DNA from: an uncultured Gammaproteobacteria bacterium
GTDB lineage: Bacteria; Patescibacteriota; Microgenomatia; Levybacterales; UBA12049
Direction: 5' to 3'
DNA length: 64,000 nucleotides
NCBI GenBank assembly: GCA_964603935.1
Contig: CAZRWL010000002.1
Location: forward strand, 9,210-73,209
Shown: positions 40,029 through 50,695 of the stretch, in pieces
How positions within the stretch are numbered: position 1 is the stretch's first letter
How the letters are laid out: each line of letters opens with the position of its first letter
Position numbers and translations under genes: made by a program
The notes under the pieces: model-generated
Databases searched by the model: none
The model's input: only the letters and a program-made list of their open reading frames with translations
Told to the model about the DNA's origin: nothing

Positions 40029-41127
40029 TATTAATTATACTTACGATATTTTGAGCCGCGTGCTTACCCGGTAAATTTTTTAATTCTTTTTTGTCTATTT
40101 TATAACTTCCTATGTTACGAAACATAAGTTTTACCGCTTGAAGTAATTTTTTAGAATCAAGTCCATTTTGGTGCAAAACGACAGATAACCCTATTTTTTC
40201 CAAAAACTTGGCATTTTTAAGCTGCTCGTTATTTTGAGAAAAGGGAAGCGGAATGAGAAGTGAAGGTTTCTCAAAATATAAAAGCTCTGTTATCGTATTC
40301 ATACCTGACCGCGCAATAACCAAAGAGGATGAATTTATCAAATCTCCAATTCCTGAAGGGTCAATGAATTTTTCCAAAAGATAATTGCCCCGAAGTTCTT
40401 CAGACATTGTATGCTTGAGTCTTTCCAGGCGGTCAAAATCTCGATATTCATGAGCGTCTCCTGTCTGATGAATAATGTTGTACGATTCCAGAAACTCTTT
40501 CAGCGCCCCTTCTATCAATACGTTGATTGCGTGGGATCCGGAACTTCCTCCCGTAATGTAAATTATTGGCAGTTTATTGTTAAAAACTGATTCTGCAATA
40601 GAAAATGGAGGATTTAAAATTTTAAATTTACGCACAGGATTTCCCGTAAAGACAACTTTATTTTTTGGAAAATATTTCCTGGAAGAATTCCATGATATGC
40701 AAATTTTTCTTGAGAATCGTGAGACAAGCCTGTTGGCAAGGCCTGCCTCCATAGTCTGCTCGTGTATAACAACAGGTATCTTGAGTATAGAGGCGCAAGG
40801 TATTACGGGAATAGAAACATACCCCCCAAACCCTACGACAACATCAGGTTTAAATTTAATTAAGATCAAAAAGGACTTAACGATCCCAAAGGGAAGTTTC
40901 AGCAGGGAAAAAAGAGTAAATCTGGTTAATTTTCTTTGCAGTCTTCCCGTATTCAATCCGACAAAGGGAATTTTTAATTTAGCAATTGTCTCATACTCAA
41001 GAGATAAAGCGTTATCTCCTTCCAAAGCATATTTTCTTCCGATAAAAAGTATTTTTGCATCTTTAGGTAAAGCATCTATCACCGCAAGCGCAGGAGATAA
41101 ATGTCCGCCAATTATCGCAACTTTCAT
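40000..41127 (-). CDS. murG: MurG undecaprenyl-PP-MurNAc-pentapeptide GlcNAc transferase
   Basis: GGHLSP, GFGGYVS, HEQT, TGNPVR, GGSSG, RSG, EQLKNA. Start at 41127 (ATGA overlap with ftsW). Confidence 0.95.
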   Translation of the reverse strand: MKVAIIGGHLSPALAVIDALPKDAKILFIGRKYALEGDNALSLEYETIAKLKIPFVGLNTGRLQRKLTRFTLFSLLKLPFGIVKSFLILIKFKPDVVVGFGGYVSIPVIPCASILKIPVVIHEQTMEAGLANRLVSRFSRKICISWNSSRKYFPKNKVVFTGNPVRKFKILNPPFSIAESVFNNKLPIIYITGGSSGSHAINVLIEGALKEFLESYNIIHQTGDAHEYRDFDRLERLKHTMSEELRGNYLLEKFIDPSGIGDLINSSSLVIARSGMNTITELLYFEKPSLLIPLPFSQNNEQLKNAKFLEKIGLSVVLHQNGLDSKKLLQAVKLMFRNIGSYKIDKKELKNLPGKHAAQNIVSIINNVSKDKTQQ

Positions 41128-42191
41128 ATTTTTTGTTTTGAAATATTCAATAATATCCCAACCGCGCAAAGATCAATAATTAATGCCGATCCTCCGTAAG
41201 AGATAAAAGGCAGAGGAATACCGGTTAACGGAACAAGAGCCGTTTGAGCGCCCAAATTGATTATGGTTTGCATTGCCAAAAAAGTTGTTATGCCCGCGGC
41301 CAGAAGTTTGCCAAAGTTATCTTTAGCATGCACTGCTATATAAAAACATTTTGTTATAATAAAAACATAAAATAAAACTAGACAAAATGCGCCTATAAAA
41401 CCCAGTTCTTCCGCGATGATTGCAAAAATTGAATCTGTTGTGCCTTCGGGAAGATAAGCATACTTCTGCAGCGAATTTCCCAGCCCAACACCTGTTATCC
41501 CACCGGATCCCAAAGCAATCAGAATTTGCCTCACATGATAAGATGACGCTTCAACCGATTGATTAATGTTAATAAACGCTTCAAGTCTCTTTGCCCTGTA
41601 AGGAGAAAGCTTTATGAATACATACCCCAAAAATGCCAGCATTGGCAATAACCAAGAAAAATGCAGTAGGCTTGCACCGGACAAAAAATAAATCACTACC
41701 GCTTCGCTTAAAATTACCGCCGCTGTCCCCATATCCGGCTCCAACATTACCAAACTCAAAACCAAACCAATCAATATAAGAAATGCAGGAAGTCTCCCCT
41801 TTTCTTTATTGGAAAACCATGCTGCCAAATAAATGGCAAGCGCAAGCTTGATAAATTCTGCTGGCTGGAGAACGAAAAATCCTGCGTCAATCCAGCGGTT
41901 TGCTCCCAAAAGACTAATCCCGACCCCGGGAATAAAAACCAAAATTAGCAAAACTAGTGCCATAAAAAGTATCGGAAGAGCAAAGAAGTATAGTTTATGA
42001 TAATCAAAAAAAGAAAAAAACCCTAATGCCGCAAATCCCAGCATGACCCAAAAAAATTGATCTTTAACGTAGTGGTATTTATCGGAAAAGTCCCTAAACG
42101 CAACATACGAAGAAACATCATAAATCATAAAAAGCCCAAAAAGAGTAAGGATTATAACCGAAAACAAAAGAAATATGTCTATCTTCTTCAT
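41124..42191 (-). CDS. ftsW: Cell division SEDS protein FtsW
   Basis: QPAEFIK, EPDMGT, LPEGTTDSIF, PFISYGGS; dcw context. Confidence 0.93.
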   Translation of the reverse strand: MKKIDIFLLFSVIILTLFGLFMIYDVSSYVAFRDFSDKYHYVKDQFFWVMLGFAALGFFSFFDYHKLYFFALPILFMALVLLILVFIPGVGISLLGANRWIDAGFFVLQPAEFIKLALAIYLAAWFSNKEKGRLPAFLILIGLVLSLVMLEPDMGTAAVILSEAVVIYFLSGASLLHFSWLLPMLAFLGYVFIKLSPYRAKRLEAFININQSVEASSYHVRQILIALGSGGITGVGLGNSLQKYAYLPEGTTDSIFAIIAEELGFIGAFCLVLFYVFIITKCFYIAVHAKDNFGKLLAAGITTFLAMQTIINLGAQTALVPLTGIPLPFISYGGSALIIDLCAVGILLNISKQKI

Positions 42192-42209
42192 AGAAGAAAA
42201 TTTGAGCTG

Positions 42210-43217
42210 TTAGCGAATAAACGCTATATAAAGTCCTAGAATTGCAAAAAGAAATCCCAAAAGCCAGCCTCTCATAACAACTTTTGGCTCATTCCAGCCT
42301 ATTCTAAGCAGAAGCAAATGTAAAGGCGAAGCTAAAAACACTTTCCTATGCAGAAACTTTTTGGCCAAAATTTGAATAAGGGAAGACGAAATTTCCAAAA
42401 CAAATACTCCTCCAATAAATGCAAGGGCAATTACTTTTCCCGTCAAAAGTCCTATAATCGCTAAAATTGCTCCAAGAGACAAAGCTCCCACATCTCCAAG
42501 CCAAATTCTTGCTTTATAAATGTTAAAATACAGAAACGCTCCGACACTGCCCATCAATAATGCTATGAAAATTCCCAAAGGTTGATCGAGCTGATTGGAA
42601 GTAATTGCCAGAAATGCCGCAAGACAGATAAGAAGAAGTCCCGATGCCAACCCATCCAATCCATCGGCAATATTAAACGCATTAGCAAAAGCAACTATAA
42701 CAAAAGCTGCGAAAGGAATAAATAAAAAGCCAAGCGATGCCAAGCCAAAACCTCTGATAAAAATATAAGAATATCCCAGTTGATAATACAAAATTGAAGC
42801 CGCGGTAAGAGCCAATGCCCACTGGATTATGAATTTGTGCCTGAATCTTAAGCCAAAAAATGCTTTATTCCCGCTAACCAGCTTCTTTAAGTCATCATAA
42901 AATCCCAATGCGCCAAAACCTATAAAAGTAAACATAATTACAAATAATTCCCATGGATTAATATTCGTGCCTAATATTCCAAACGCCCAAAAGGTTAATA
43001 CGCAAACAACAGCGATAATCAATATTCCTCCGCCAAAAGGCGTACCTGCTTTCCAATTATTGTATTTATCAAAAGTGGGAGTGGGTTTATCGAACATGTC
43101 AACGGTTTTCTGCTTCGCTCTCCTAAACTTCATCTTATACAAAAAGTCTATAAAAGGTATTAGGAGAACTCCGGTTATAAAAAGCGATAAAAGGACAAGA
43201 CCCAAAAGCTGCGCCAT
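42210..43217 (-). CDS. mraY: Phospho-MurNAc-pentapeptide transferase
   Basis: KAGTPFGGG, GFYDD, NAFNIADGLDGL, LGDVG, SPLH. Start placed at ATG 43217 below TATAAT. Confidence 0.93.
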   Translation of the reverse strand: MAQLLGLVLLSLFITGVLLIPFIDFLYKMKFRRAKQKTVDMFDKPTPTFDKYNNWKAGTPFGGGILIIAVVCVLTFWAFGILGTNINPWELFVIMFTFIGFGALGFYDDLKKLVSGNKAFFGLRFRHKFIIQWALALTAASILYYQLGYSYIFIRGFGLASLGFLFIPFAAFVIVAFANAFNIADGLDGLASGLLLICLAAFLAITSNQLDQPLGIFIALLMGSVGAFLYFNIYKARIWLGDVGALSLGAILAIIGLLTGKVIALAFIGGVFVLEISSSLIQILAKKFLHRKVFLASPLHLLLLRIGWNEPKVVMRGWLLGFLFAILGLYIAFIR

Positions 43218-43254
43218 AAAGGATATTATACTATCCTGAAGATTTATATACAAA

Positions 43255-45018
43255 TTACTTGACTGTAACGGATTTTGCGAGGTTGCGGGGCTTGTCAGGA
43301 TCTTTAATTCCCCGCTTTAATGCTAAGTAATAAGCTAAAAGCTGGGAAATTACAATCTGCGGAATAATTGTCGCATCTCCAACATCAGAAGTTTTTAAAA
43401 ATCTGTCGAAAACATTATTATTTTTAGGCCCTACGCCTACGATAAATCCCCCTCGCGCTCTTATTTCCTGCGCATTGGAAACTATATCATCATATGTCTC
43501 ATCATTGGGAGCAAATACGATACAGGGTGTTCCTTTTTCAATAAGCGCAATGACTCCATGCTTTAATTCTCCGCCCGCAAAACCTTCCGCATGAATGCAT
43601 GCAGTTTCTTTTATTTTCAAAGTTGCTTCAAGCGCTGTTGCATAAGACAATCCCCGTCCTATAACGTATATGTGCTCTTTATTTTTTAATTGATCTGCTA
43701 CCTCTTTCAAATTCTTCTCAAATTTTTCTTTCAAAATCTCTTTCACGTTTTCCGACGCTCTTAATAGAAGATTTTTACCTTGTGTTTGTTTTTTTACCAA
43801 AGAATAAGCTGCCAGAATTAAAACAGATATCATAGCAATAAAAGATTTGGTTGCGATAACTGCTTTTTCCTGACCAGCTCCAAGAAGAATTTTATAATCT
43901 GCCTGCCTATACAAAGTGGACCCTAATACATTTACAATTGCGGCAATCTTGGCACCCTTCCTTTTGGCGTTAGTAACAGGGTCAACAACATCAATTGTTT
44001 CTCCGCTTTGAGAAATTGCAATCACCAAACTTCTGTCTGTCAAGTAATCTTCCAAATAATTGAATTCCGAACCAATCGTGAAATTAACGTGTTTTTTTGC
44101 GACTCTTGAAAAAAGGTAGGTTCCTGCCAGCGCGGAATATGAGGCAGTACCGCATCCAAGCATAAAAGTTCCAAAAGCGCTTTTAATTAATTTTGTGAGA
44201 TGATTTATTTCCGCTGTGTAATTAAGCGCTATATTTTCGATAACCCTTGGCTGTTCATTTATCTCCTTTAACAAAAAGTGCTCGTACTTTCCCCTCTCTG
44301 TTTCTTCAAATTTCCAGTCCAACGTATGAAAATTTGGCTTAATTTCTTCACCCCTTGGTAAACTTATAAGCTTTAGTTTTTCTCCAAGGATAACCATTTG
44401 ATTATCTTCAAGAAAAATCACTCTTTGCGTATACTTGACAATCGCGGAGGCATCGGACGCTACAAATAATTCGTTTTTCCCAATTCCAACCACAAGAGGG
44501 GATCCTGTCTTAGCTGCAACTATTTCTTTTGATACTGCGTTTACGACAACAACGGCATTTAGCCCTTTGAGAGCATTAAATGCGTCTCTGACTGAAGATG
44601 AAAAACCTTCGCGTTTGAGATTTTCCTCAACAAGATGCGGAATTACTTCCGTATCTGTTTCTGAAATAAACTTATGTCCGTTATCGATAAGTTTCTGTTT
44701 TAATTCCTGAAAATTTTCAACAATTCCATTATGAACAACTGCTATTGACTTCGCGCAATCAAGATGGGGATGGGAATTTCCGACAGTTACGCCCCCATGA
44801 GTCGCCCAACGGGTATGGCCAATTCCAAGAGGACTTGCCGGTAAATTTATCTTTGCGGAGCCTATTTTCCCAACATGCTTATCTATCTCCAGCCTCTTGT
44901 CTTTCTTAACTGCAACTCCCCAAGAGTCATAACCTCTGTATTCGAGAAGCTTTAATCCTTCAAGAACAATATTTGCCGCTTTATCCTGATGGCCGACATA
45001 TGCAAAAATTCCGCACAT
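43255..45018 (-). CDS. glmS: Glutamine-fructose-6-phosphate transaminase
   Basis: MCGI, LEYRGYDS, GHTRWATHG, SQSGET, C-terminal PRNLAKSVTV. Confidence 0.97.
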   Translation of the reverse strand: MCGIFAYVGHQDKAANIVLEGLKLLEYRGYDSWGVAVKKDKRLEIDKHVGKIGSAKINLPASPLGIGHTRWATHGGVTVGNSHPHLDCAKSIAVVHNGIVENFQELKQKLIDNGHKFISETDTEVIPHLVEENLKREGFSSSVRDAFNALKGLNAVVVVNAVSKEIVAAKTGSPLVVGIGKNELFVASDASAIVKYTQRVIFLEDNQMVILGEKLKLISLPRGEEIKPNFHTLDWKFEETERGKYEHFLLKEINEQPRVIENIALNYTAEINHLTKLIKSAFGTFMLGCGTASYSALAGTYLFSRVAKKHVNFTIGSEFNYLEDYLTDRSLVIAISQSGETIDVVDPVTNAKRKGAKIAAIVNVLGSTLYRQADYKILLGAGQEKAVIATKSFIAMISVLILAAYSLVKKQTQGKNLLLRASENVKEILKEKFEKNLKEVADQLKNKEHIYVIGRGLSYATALEATLKIKETACIHAEGFAGGELKHGVIALIEKGTPCIVFAPNDETYDDIVSNAQEIRARGGFIVGVGPKNNNVFDRFLKTSDVGDATIIPQIVISQLLAYYLALKRGIKDPDKPRNLAKSVTVK

Positions 45019-45021
45019 AAA

Positions 45022-46749
45022 CTATGCTTTGCGAATAATCGAAAGTATATCCGATAAATTTTTAATTTCCGCATCGGGCTTAAATCCTTCTAATTCTTTT
45101 TGACTTTCCGCAAAAGGGCCGCGTTTAATCCAAATTGCAACAACAGAAGGCATTAACATTTTGGCATTATATAAAATCGTTAGCTTATCGTCTACCAAAA
45201 AAAATTCTCTTCCCGCATATTTATCCAAAACATGTTGTAAATTATCTTCTTTGGCAAGAAAAATGTGAACATCGTTTTCCTCAAAATGAGAATGAATAAA
45301 GGTCTTTTTGAGTTTACCCCTCTGAAAATTATTTTCTCCTTCAGAAAAAATCCCAATCTCTGCAAAATCTTTCATTTTCTCCAAAATACTTTTTACCTCA
45401 GCGTATAACCTATATTCCGTAAGTCCGCTTTTTTTAAAAGTCTTCGTATCAAAAAGCGTATAGTCAATATCAAAGAGTACAACCGGTTTCTTAACCTCTC
45501 TTTTGCTTACAATCTCTTTAAAAACCGTGTAATATTTTGTATTGTCCGAAATGTTGCCCATAACAGTTGTGCTTGCGCCCACAACAACATTTCTTCCGAT
45601 AATTACGCCAGGCATGGTTGTAACTTTTATTCCCATATTGCAATTTTCCCCAACCATAACGCCCAACATCTTAAGCATTGTGTCAGCTTTTTCCCCCTTA
45701 ACATCAACTTTAACATTTGCCCTGTCAAGCCTAACATTCGCAGTAAGGAAACCTGCCGCAATTTTGCAGTTTTGCCCAATTACGCTATCGCCTATATATC
45801 CCGAGTGAGTTGTTGAATTCCGCATCACAATGCTATTTTTAATTTCCATGTTTGCGCCAACAACCGCATTTCCCCCTATGTCCACTCCGCCTCTTAAAAC
45901 GGCGTTATTGCCAATGAAAGCATTTTCCCCAATGTAGCACGGTCCTTTTATAACAACGTTTTCCATTATGGAAACCCCATCGCCTATAAAGACCTCGCCG
46001 GCCAATTCAGCGCTTTTTGCTACAGATGAATTTTTGCCTACAAATTTTTCGACATTTTTTAAGAGGTAATTTTTGACATCCAGCAAATCCCACGGATATT
46101 TTAAAGTAATCAAATCATCTTTTGTTTCAACAAAAGTAACCATATTCTTTTTACAATATGCTGTAATTGCTTTTTCCAACTGATAGTGTTCCGGAGGCGT
46201 ATTTTTGAGTATTTTCAAGAAATCACAAGACAAAAGATAAATTCCAACCACGCACAAATTGGAAGGTTCTGTTCCTTTAGCTGGTTTTTCTGTAATTCCT
46301 AAAACTTGATTTTTTTCAAATTTCAAAACACCATGTATCTGTGTATTTTCTTTTTGCTTTACCAAAATAACAGCCTTTGATCTATTCGCTAACTTGCTCC
46401 TCGAAAGAGAATTAGCGAATCTATAAGCGTCAATTCTGTGAGCATTCAGTAATAAAAAATTTTCTTTTATTTTTTGTTCTGCCAAAAGCAAAGCGTTGCC
46501 GGCGCCCAAAGGCTCGGACTGAACAACATAATCTATCGATACTCCAAAATTTTTACCGTCCCCAAAGTATCCCTTAATTACGTTATCCTTGCCAACTATT
46601 AGCACTATCTTTTTTATATTTTCTTTTTTCAGCCCTTTAATGGTGTGCTCCAGAATGGGCTTACCCAAAACCCTTACCATTGATTTGTGGACGCTATTGA
46701 AAGGATGAAACCTTGATGATTCTCCCGCTGCCAAAATAATTGCTTGCAT
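45022..46749 (-). CDS. Archaeal-type GlmU-like nucleotidyltransferase/acetyltransferase fused to a C-terminal HAD-like domain
   Basis: LAAGESSRF NTP-transferase motif, hexapeptide LbH repeats, then VLFDIDYTL and LVDDK HAD motifs. Confidence 0.8.
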   Translation of the reverse strand: MQAIILAAGESSRFHPFNSVHKSMVRVLGKPILEHTIKGLKKENIKKIVLIVGKDNVIKGYFGDGKNFGVSIDYVVQSEPLGAGNALLLAEQKIKENFLLLNAHRIDAYRFANSLSRSKLANRSKAVILVKQKENTQIHGVLKFEKNQVLGITEKPAKGTEPSNLCVVGIYLLSCDFLKILKNTPPEHYQLEKAITAYCKKNMVTFVETKDDLITLKYPWDLLDVKNYLLKNVEKFVGKNSSVAKSAELAGEVFIGDGVSIMENVVIKGPCYIGENAFIGNNAVLRGGVDIGGNAVVGANMEIKNSIVMRNSTTHSGYIGDSVIGQNCKIAAGFLTANVRLDRANVKVDVKGEKADTMLKMLGVMVGENCNMGIKVTTMPGVIIGRNVVVGASTTVMGNISDNTKYYTVFKEIVSKREVKKPVVLFDIDYTLFDTKTFKKSGLTEYRLYAEVKSILEKMKDFAEIGIFSEGENNFQRGKLKKTFIHSHFEENDVHIFLAKEDNLQHVLDKYAGREFFLVDDKLTILYNAKMLMPSVVAIWIKRGPFAESQKELEGFKPDAEIKNLSDILSIIRKA

Positions 46750-46762
46750 AATTTATCTCGCT

Positions 46763-48097
46763 TCAACTAACTTTCTTTATATCTGCTCCCAAACTCTTAA
46801 GTCTTTCTTCGAATTTTTCATATCCCCTGTCTAAGTGCTCTGCCCCAAAAATAACGCTTTCTCCCTTTGCTACTAATCCTGCCAATACGAGAGTTGCCCC
46901 TGCTCTCAAATCGGATATTTCAACAACGCCGTTATGTAATTTTGAAGGACCGGATATTTTTATTGCGTGAAAATAATCCAGATTCCGATCCTTAAGGTTA
47001 AAATTATAGACTCTTTCAGGATTCTTGACATCGGGATTGAAGAATGAAATATTAGCTCCCATTTTTTTAAGCTCCTTTACATAGCCAAAACGGCTTTCGT
47101 AAACTGTTTCGTGTATCAAAGACACGCCTTTTGCCTGCGTCATAAGAACAGCCCATGGACCTTGCCAATCTGTCATAAATCCAGGGTAATTTGACGTCTC
47201 AACATCAACGCCCGCCAACTCTCCTTTGTGGAAAAATCTTATTCCGTCCCTGCTCCTCGTTACTCCTCCTCCGACCAACTCAAGTCTTTGAATAAACGGC
47301 GAAAGATCAACATTCTGCGCACCTTTAATAAGCACATCTCCTTTTGTAATAACCGCTGCTATTGCCAAAGTAACAATTTCATTTCTGTCCGGCCCTATTG
47401 CAAATTCGGTTCCCATTAGCCTATCCACTCCATGTATGACAACTGTTCTTTCCTCTGTTCTTAGGATTTTAGCTCCCATCTGATTCAGGAGATTGATAAG
47501 CTCATCAACTTCAGGCTCTGCAGCAGCATTTTCCAATATTGTTTTCGTATCCTTCAGAAGTACCGCAACCATAATCAATGTTTCCGTACCCGTATGCGTG
47601 CTTTTTTCAAATTTATAGCATATTTCTTTTCTCCTTGAATTATCATTTCTTTTAAGGTAAAAAAAACCATCATTTCTTTTATACGAAACCGAATAGCCCA
47701 TTTTTTCAAGACCCTTTATTGTTCTGTCTATTGGCCTTGCGCCTATTCTGCATCCGCCGGGATTTGGAATAACTGCTTTTCCCACACGAGCTAATAACGG
47801 AGATAGAAACATAGCTGAAGTTCTTATTTTTGCAGCATCAATCAATGAAATTCTCTCCTTTTTAAATTGCTTCATACGGATACGCACAGCATGATCCGCA
47901 ATTTCTGCTTTTCCGCCTAATTCTCTTATTATCGCGATCATCACCATAAAATCAGAGATAAGAGGAACATTTTTTATAATCACTTCTTCGTCTGTCAGAC
48001 ATGCAGCAACCAAAGCTTTTAGAGCAACGTTTTTTGCCCCTGAAACCCCAATTGTGCCCACCAGCTTCTTCTCCCCGCTTACCATTATCTTTCCCAT
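46763..48097 (-). CDS. murA: UDP-GlcNAc 1-carboxyvinyltransferase
   Basis: GAKN, PGGCRIGARPID (active-site Cys), YPGFMTD, DLRAGA, DRGYE. Confidence 0.96.
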   Translation of the reverse strand: MGKIMVSGEKKLVGTIGVSGAKNVALKALVAACLTDEEVIIKNVPLISDFMVMIAIIRELGGKAEIADHAVRIRMKQFKKERISLIDAAKIRTSAMFLSPLLARVGKAVIPNPGGCRIGARPIDRTIKGLEKMGYSVSYKRNDGFFYLKRNDNSRRKEICYKFEKSTHTGTETLIMVAVLLKDTKTILENAAAEPEVDELINLLNQMGAKILRTEERTVVIHGVDRLMGTEFAIGPDRNEIVTLAIAAVITKGDVLIKGAQNVDLSPFIQRLELVGGGVTRSRDGIRFFHKGELAGVDVETSNYPGFMTDWQGPWAVLMTQAKGVSLIHETVYESRFGYVKELKKMGANISFFNPDVKNPERVYNFNLKDRNLDYFHAIKISGPSKLHNGVVEISDLRAGATLVLAGLVAKGESVIFGAEHLDRGYEKFEERLKSLGADIKKVS

Positions 48098-48102
48098 AAT
48101 TC

Positions 48103-49470
48103 TTAGTTCCTAACCCTTAATCCTTCGCTTATCTTATAAACATCCCCTGCGCCCATGGTAATAATTACAGTATTGCTCCCAAAGACTTGATTATTTACGT
48201 ATTTTATCACATCGGGAAGCGCAGGCAAAAATATAGCCTCTTTTCCTCTTGTTTTTATTTTTTCTGTCAAATTTTGCATTGAAACTGTCAAGTCAGGCTT
48301 TTCCCTTAGGGAGGAGTAAATATTGGTTAAAATTACAGCATTAACCTCATCAAATGCGGTAATAAATTGTTCGAACAATGATTTTGTTCTGGAATATGTA
48401 TGCGGCTGGAAAATACAGACTATTCTTGATCTTGGAAACTTTTCCCTAAAGGCTTTCAAAGTTTTTTTAATTTCGGTTGGATGATGAGCATAATCATCAA
48501 AGACTAATGCTCCCGAACTCAATGTTCCAACAAATTCCGATCTTCTTTTTGATCCTTTAAATCCCACTAATCCGTTTTTAATCTGCTCTCTTGACAAGCC
48601 AACTTCCAAGCCAACGATAAAAGCAGCTGTTGCGTTTAATCGATTGTGTTCTCCAAGAACAGAAAGTTCAACACCTTTTAAGACATCGCTTACAACATAA
48701 TCATTCTGCATTGCAGAACCATAAGTAATTTTTCTGCCTTTAAATTCGGAAAGTAGTTTTTTTACTTGAGGATCGTCTCCGCACGTAATCAAAATTCCGT
48801 CATGAGGCAGCTGATTGGCAAAAGCAAGAAATTTTTCCCGCGTGTCATCCAAAGAACTATAAGCATCGGGGTGGTCAAACTCTATATTCGTAATGACTGC
48901 AATTTTAGGATGCTGCCACATATGTTTTATAGTTTTGTCGTATACAGGCTCTGTCATGTATTCATCCGCTTCCGCTACGAAATAAACGCCTTTTCCGTAA
49001 TGTCCGGGCGCTCCAAGAGAAGCAGCGTTTGCAGTACCCATCAAAAAAGAAGGATCTTCTTCGCTTATCTTTAAAATTGTGGCAATCATGGCAGTAGTCG
49101 TTGTTTTTCCATGGGTTCCGGTTACAGAAATTCCCGTAAATTTTCTTCCAAAAATAGCTCCATCCATAAAAACCCCCACTGCTTCTCCTTGAGTCAAGAC
49201 TTTAATATTTTTTCTTCTTGCCTCCAACACCTCAACGTTATTAAATCCTCCATGCGCCCCAGTTGCAATAATTAAATCAGGACTTTTTATGTGATCTTTT
49301 GAAAACCCAACAAGAGGAATAATTTCTGTTTTTTTTAATGCCTCATCTGTAATAAATTCATCTGAGATGTCTGATCCTGAAACTTCAATGCCTGCTTCTT
49401 TCGCGATAATGGCCAAAGGCGTCATGCCAACCCCTTTTATTCCGACAAAATGTATTGATTTGACTTTCAT
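48103..49470 (-). CDS. murC: UDP-MurNAc-L-alanine ligase
   Basis: HFVGIKGVGM, GTHGKTTTT, EADE, DDYAHHPTEI, FQPHTYSRT. Confidence 0.96.
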   Translation of the reverse strand: MKVKSIHFVGIKGVGMTPLAIIAKEAGIEVSGSDISDEFITDEALKKTEIIPLVGFSKDHIKSPDLIIATGAHGGFNNVEVLEARRKNIKVLTQGEAVGVFMDGAIFGRKFTGISVTGTHGKTTTTAMIATILKISEEDPSFLMGTANAASLGAPGHYGKGVYFVAEADEYMTEPVYDKTIKHMWQHPKIAVITNIEFDHPDAYSSLDDTREKFLAFANQLPHDGILITCGDDPQVKKLLSEFKGRKITYGSAMQNDYVVSDVLKGVELSVLGEHNRLNATAAFIVGLEVGLSREQIKNGLVGFKGSKRRSEFVGTLSSGALVFDDYAHHPTEIKKTLKAFREKFPRSRIVCIFQPHTYSRTKSLFEQFITAFDEVNAVILTNIYSSLREKPDLTVSMQNLTEKIKTRGKEAIFLPALPDVIKYVNNQVFGSNTVIITMGAGDVYKISEGLRVRN

Positions 49471-50657
49471 AAATGTTTATCGCTTATCGCTTTTCGCACA
49501 ACGCCATATTCGTCCCACGCAATTTCCCCATGCCCATAATTCATTGACTTCTCATGGGATTTCCCCGTAATAAGCACGATATCTCCCTTTTTTGCCATTT
49601 TAATTGCCGCTTCAATCGCTTTCTTTCTATCTGAAATTTTTAAAACTTTCTTTTTCCTTAATTCATGATTCACAATTCCTGATTCAATCTCTTCGTTAAT
49701 TTGATCTATAGACTCCGAGCGAGGGTCTTCCGATGTCAAAATAATAATGTCTGAATATTCGGAAGAAATTTTACCCATCATTGGCCGTTTGCTGGCATCT
49801 CTTTGTCCTGCCGAACCAAATACGTGAATTAGTCTGCCTTTTATGCTCGGCTTAATCGCTCTTAAAACTTGTTCAAATGCGTTAGGAGTATGCGCAAAAT
49901 CAATCATTACCGTAAAACTATTTTTATAAACTACATCTCCTCTCCCAAGAGGAGGCTTAAAAGTTTCTGTGCCTTTCCTAATATCTTCATCCGTTATTCC
50001 AAGCGCTTTGCAAGCAGAAATCGCAGCCAAAACATTGTACACATTAAACTCTCCAATCAGGCTTGTCTCAAATGGAAAATTTCCCGGAGTTATGTCTGCG
50101 CCTTTCATTCCATAAGTTCTCAATTTTGAATTTTGAATTTTGAATTTTGAATTAAACAAAACGTATGACTTATCGTCTCTGTTCGTGATTGCAGCTTTAC
50201 TCATTTTAAAAAGTTTTGCTTTTGTTTTGACGTAATTTTCGTAGGTTTTGTGATAATCCAAGTGCTCATGCGTAACATTGGTCAAGACTCCAACTTCATA
50301 CTTAATTCCAAAAACCCTATGCTGGTCTAACGCATGCGAAGTAGTTTCTAAAACCAGAAACTGCGCTCCCGATCTTACTGCTTTTTTAATAAATTTTTGG
50401 ACAGCAAAAGATGAAGGGGTGGTAACATGAAAACCAACATCGTAATCTTTTCCGCCAATCATTGCCCCGACAGAAGTAACCATAGACGCATTAAATCCGG
50501 CTGAATTTAAAATGTGATAAATTAAGCTAGTTGTAGTTGTTTTCCCATCCGTTCCTGTAACGCCTATGATTGTTAGTTTTCTTGAAGGGAATCTAAACCA
50601 AATATTTGAGATTATCGCAACCCCCAGATGATAAACATTCTTCGTTCTCTGCCACAC
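49467..50657 (-). CDS. murE: MurE-type Mur ligase (short N-terminus)
   Basis: GVTGTDGKTTT, TNVTHEHLDYH, DFAHTP, RDASKRP.MG, EDPR, GKSHE. Confidence 0.9.
   Translation of the reverse strand: MWQRTKNVYHLGVAIISNIWFRFPSRKLTIIGVTGTDGKTTTTSLIYHILNSAGFNASMVTSVGAMIGGKDYDVGFHVTTPSSFAVQKFIKKAVRSGAQFLVLETTSHALDQHRVFGIKYEVGVLTNVTHEHLDYHKTYENYVKTKAKLFKMSKAAITNRDDKSYVLFNSKFKIQNSKLRTYGMKGADITPGNFPFETSLIGEFNVYNVLAAISACKALGITDEDIRKGTETFKPPLGRGDVVYKNSFTVMIDFAHTPNAFEQVLRAIKPSIKGRLIHVFGSAGQRDASKRPMMGKISSEYSDIIILTSEDPRSESIDQINEEIESGIVNHELRKKKVLKISDRKKAIEAAIKMAKKGDIVLITGKSHEKSMNYGHGEIAWDEYGVVRKAISDKHL
50122..50153. repeat. Perfect 7-bp tandem repeat (AATTTTG)x4 inside murE
   Basis: Read directly from the sequence; encodes NSKFKIQNSK. 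Confidence 0.9.
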
Positions 50658-50695
50658 AACTATATATTATACGCTTTCTTATCGTTATTCTCCAG

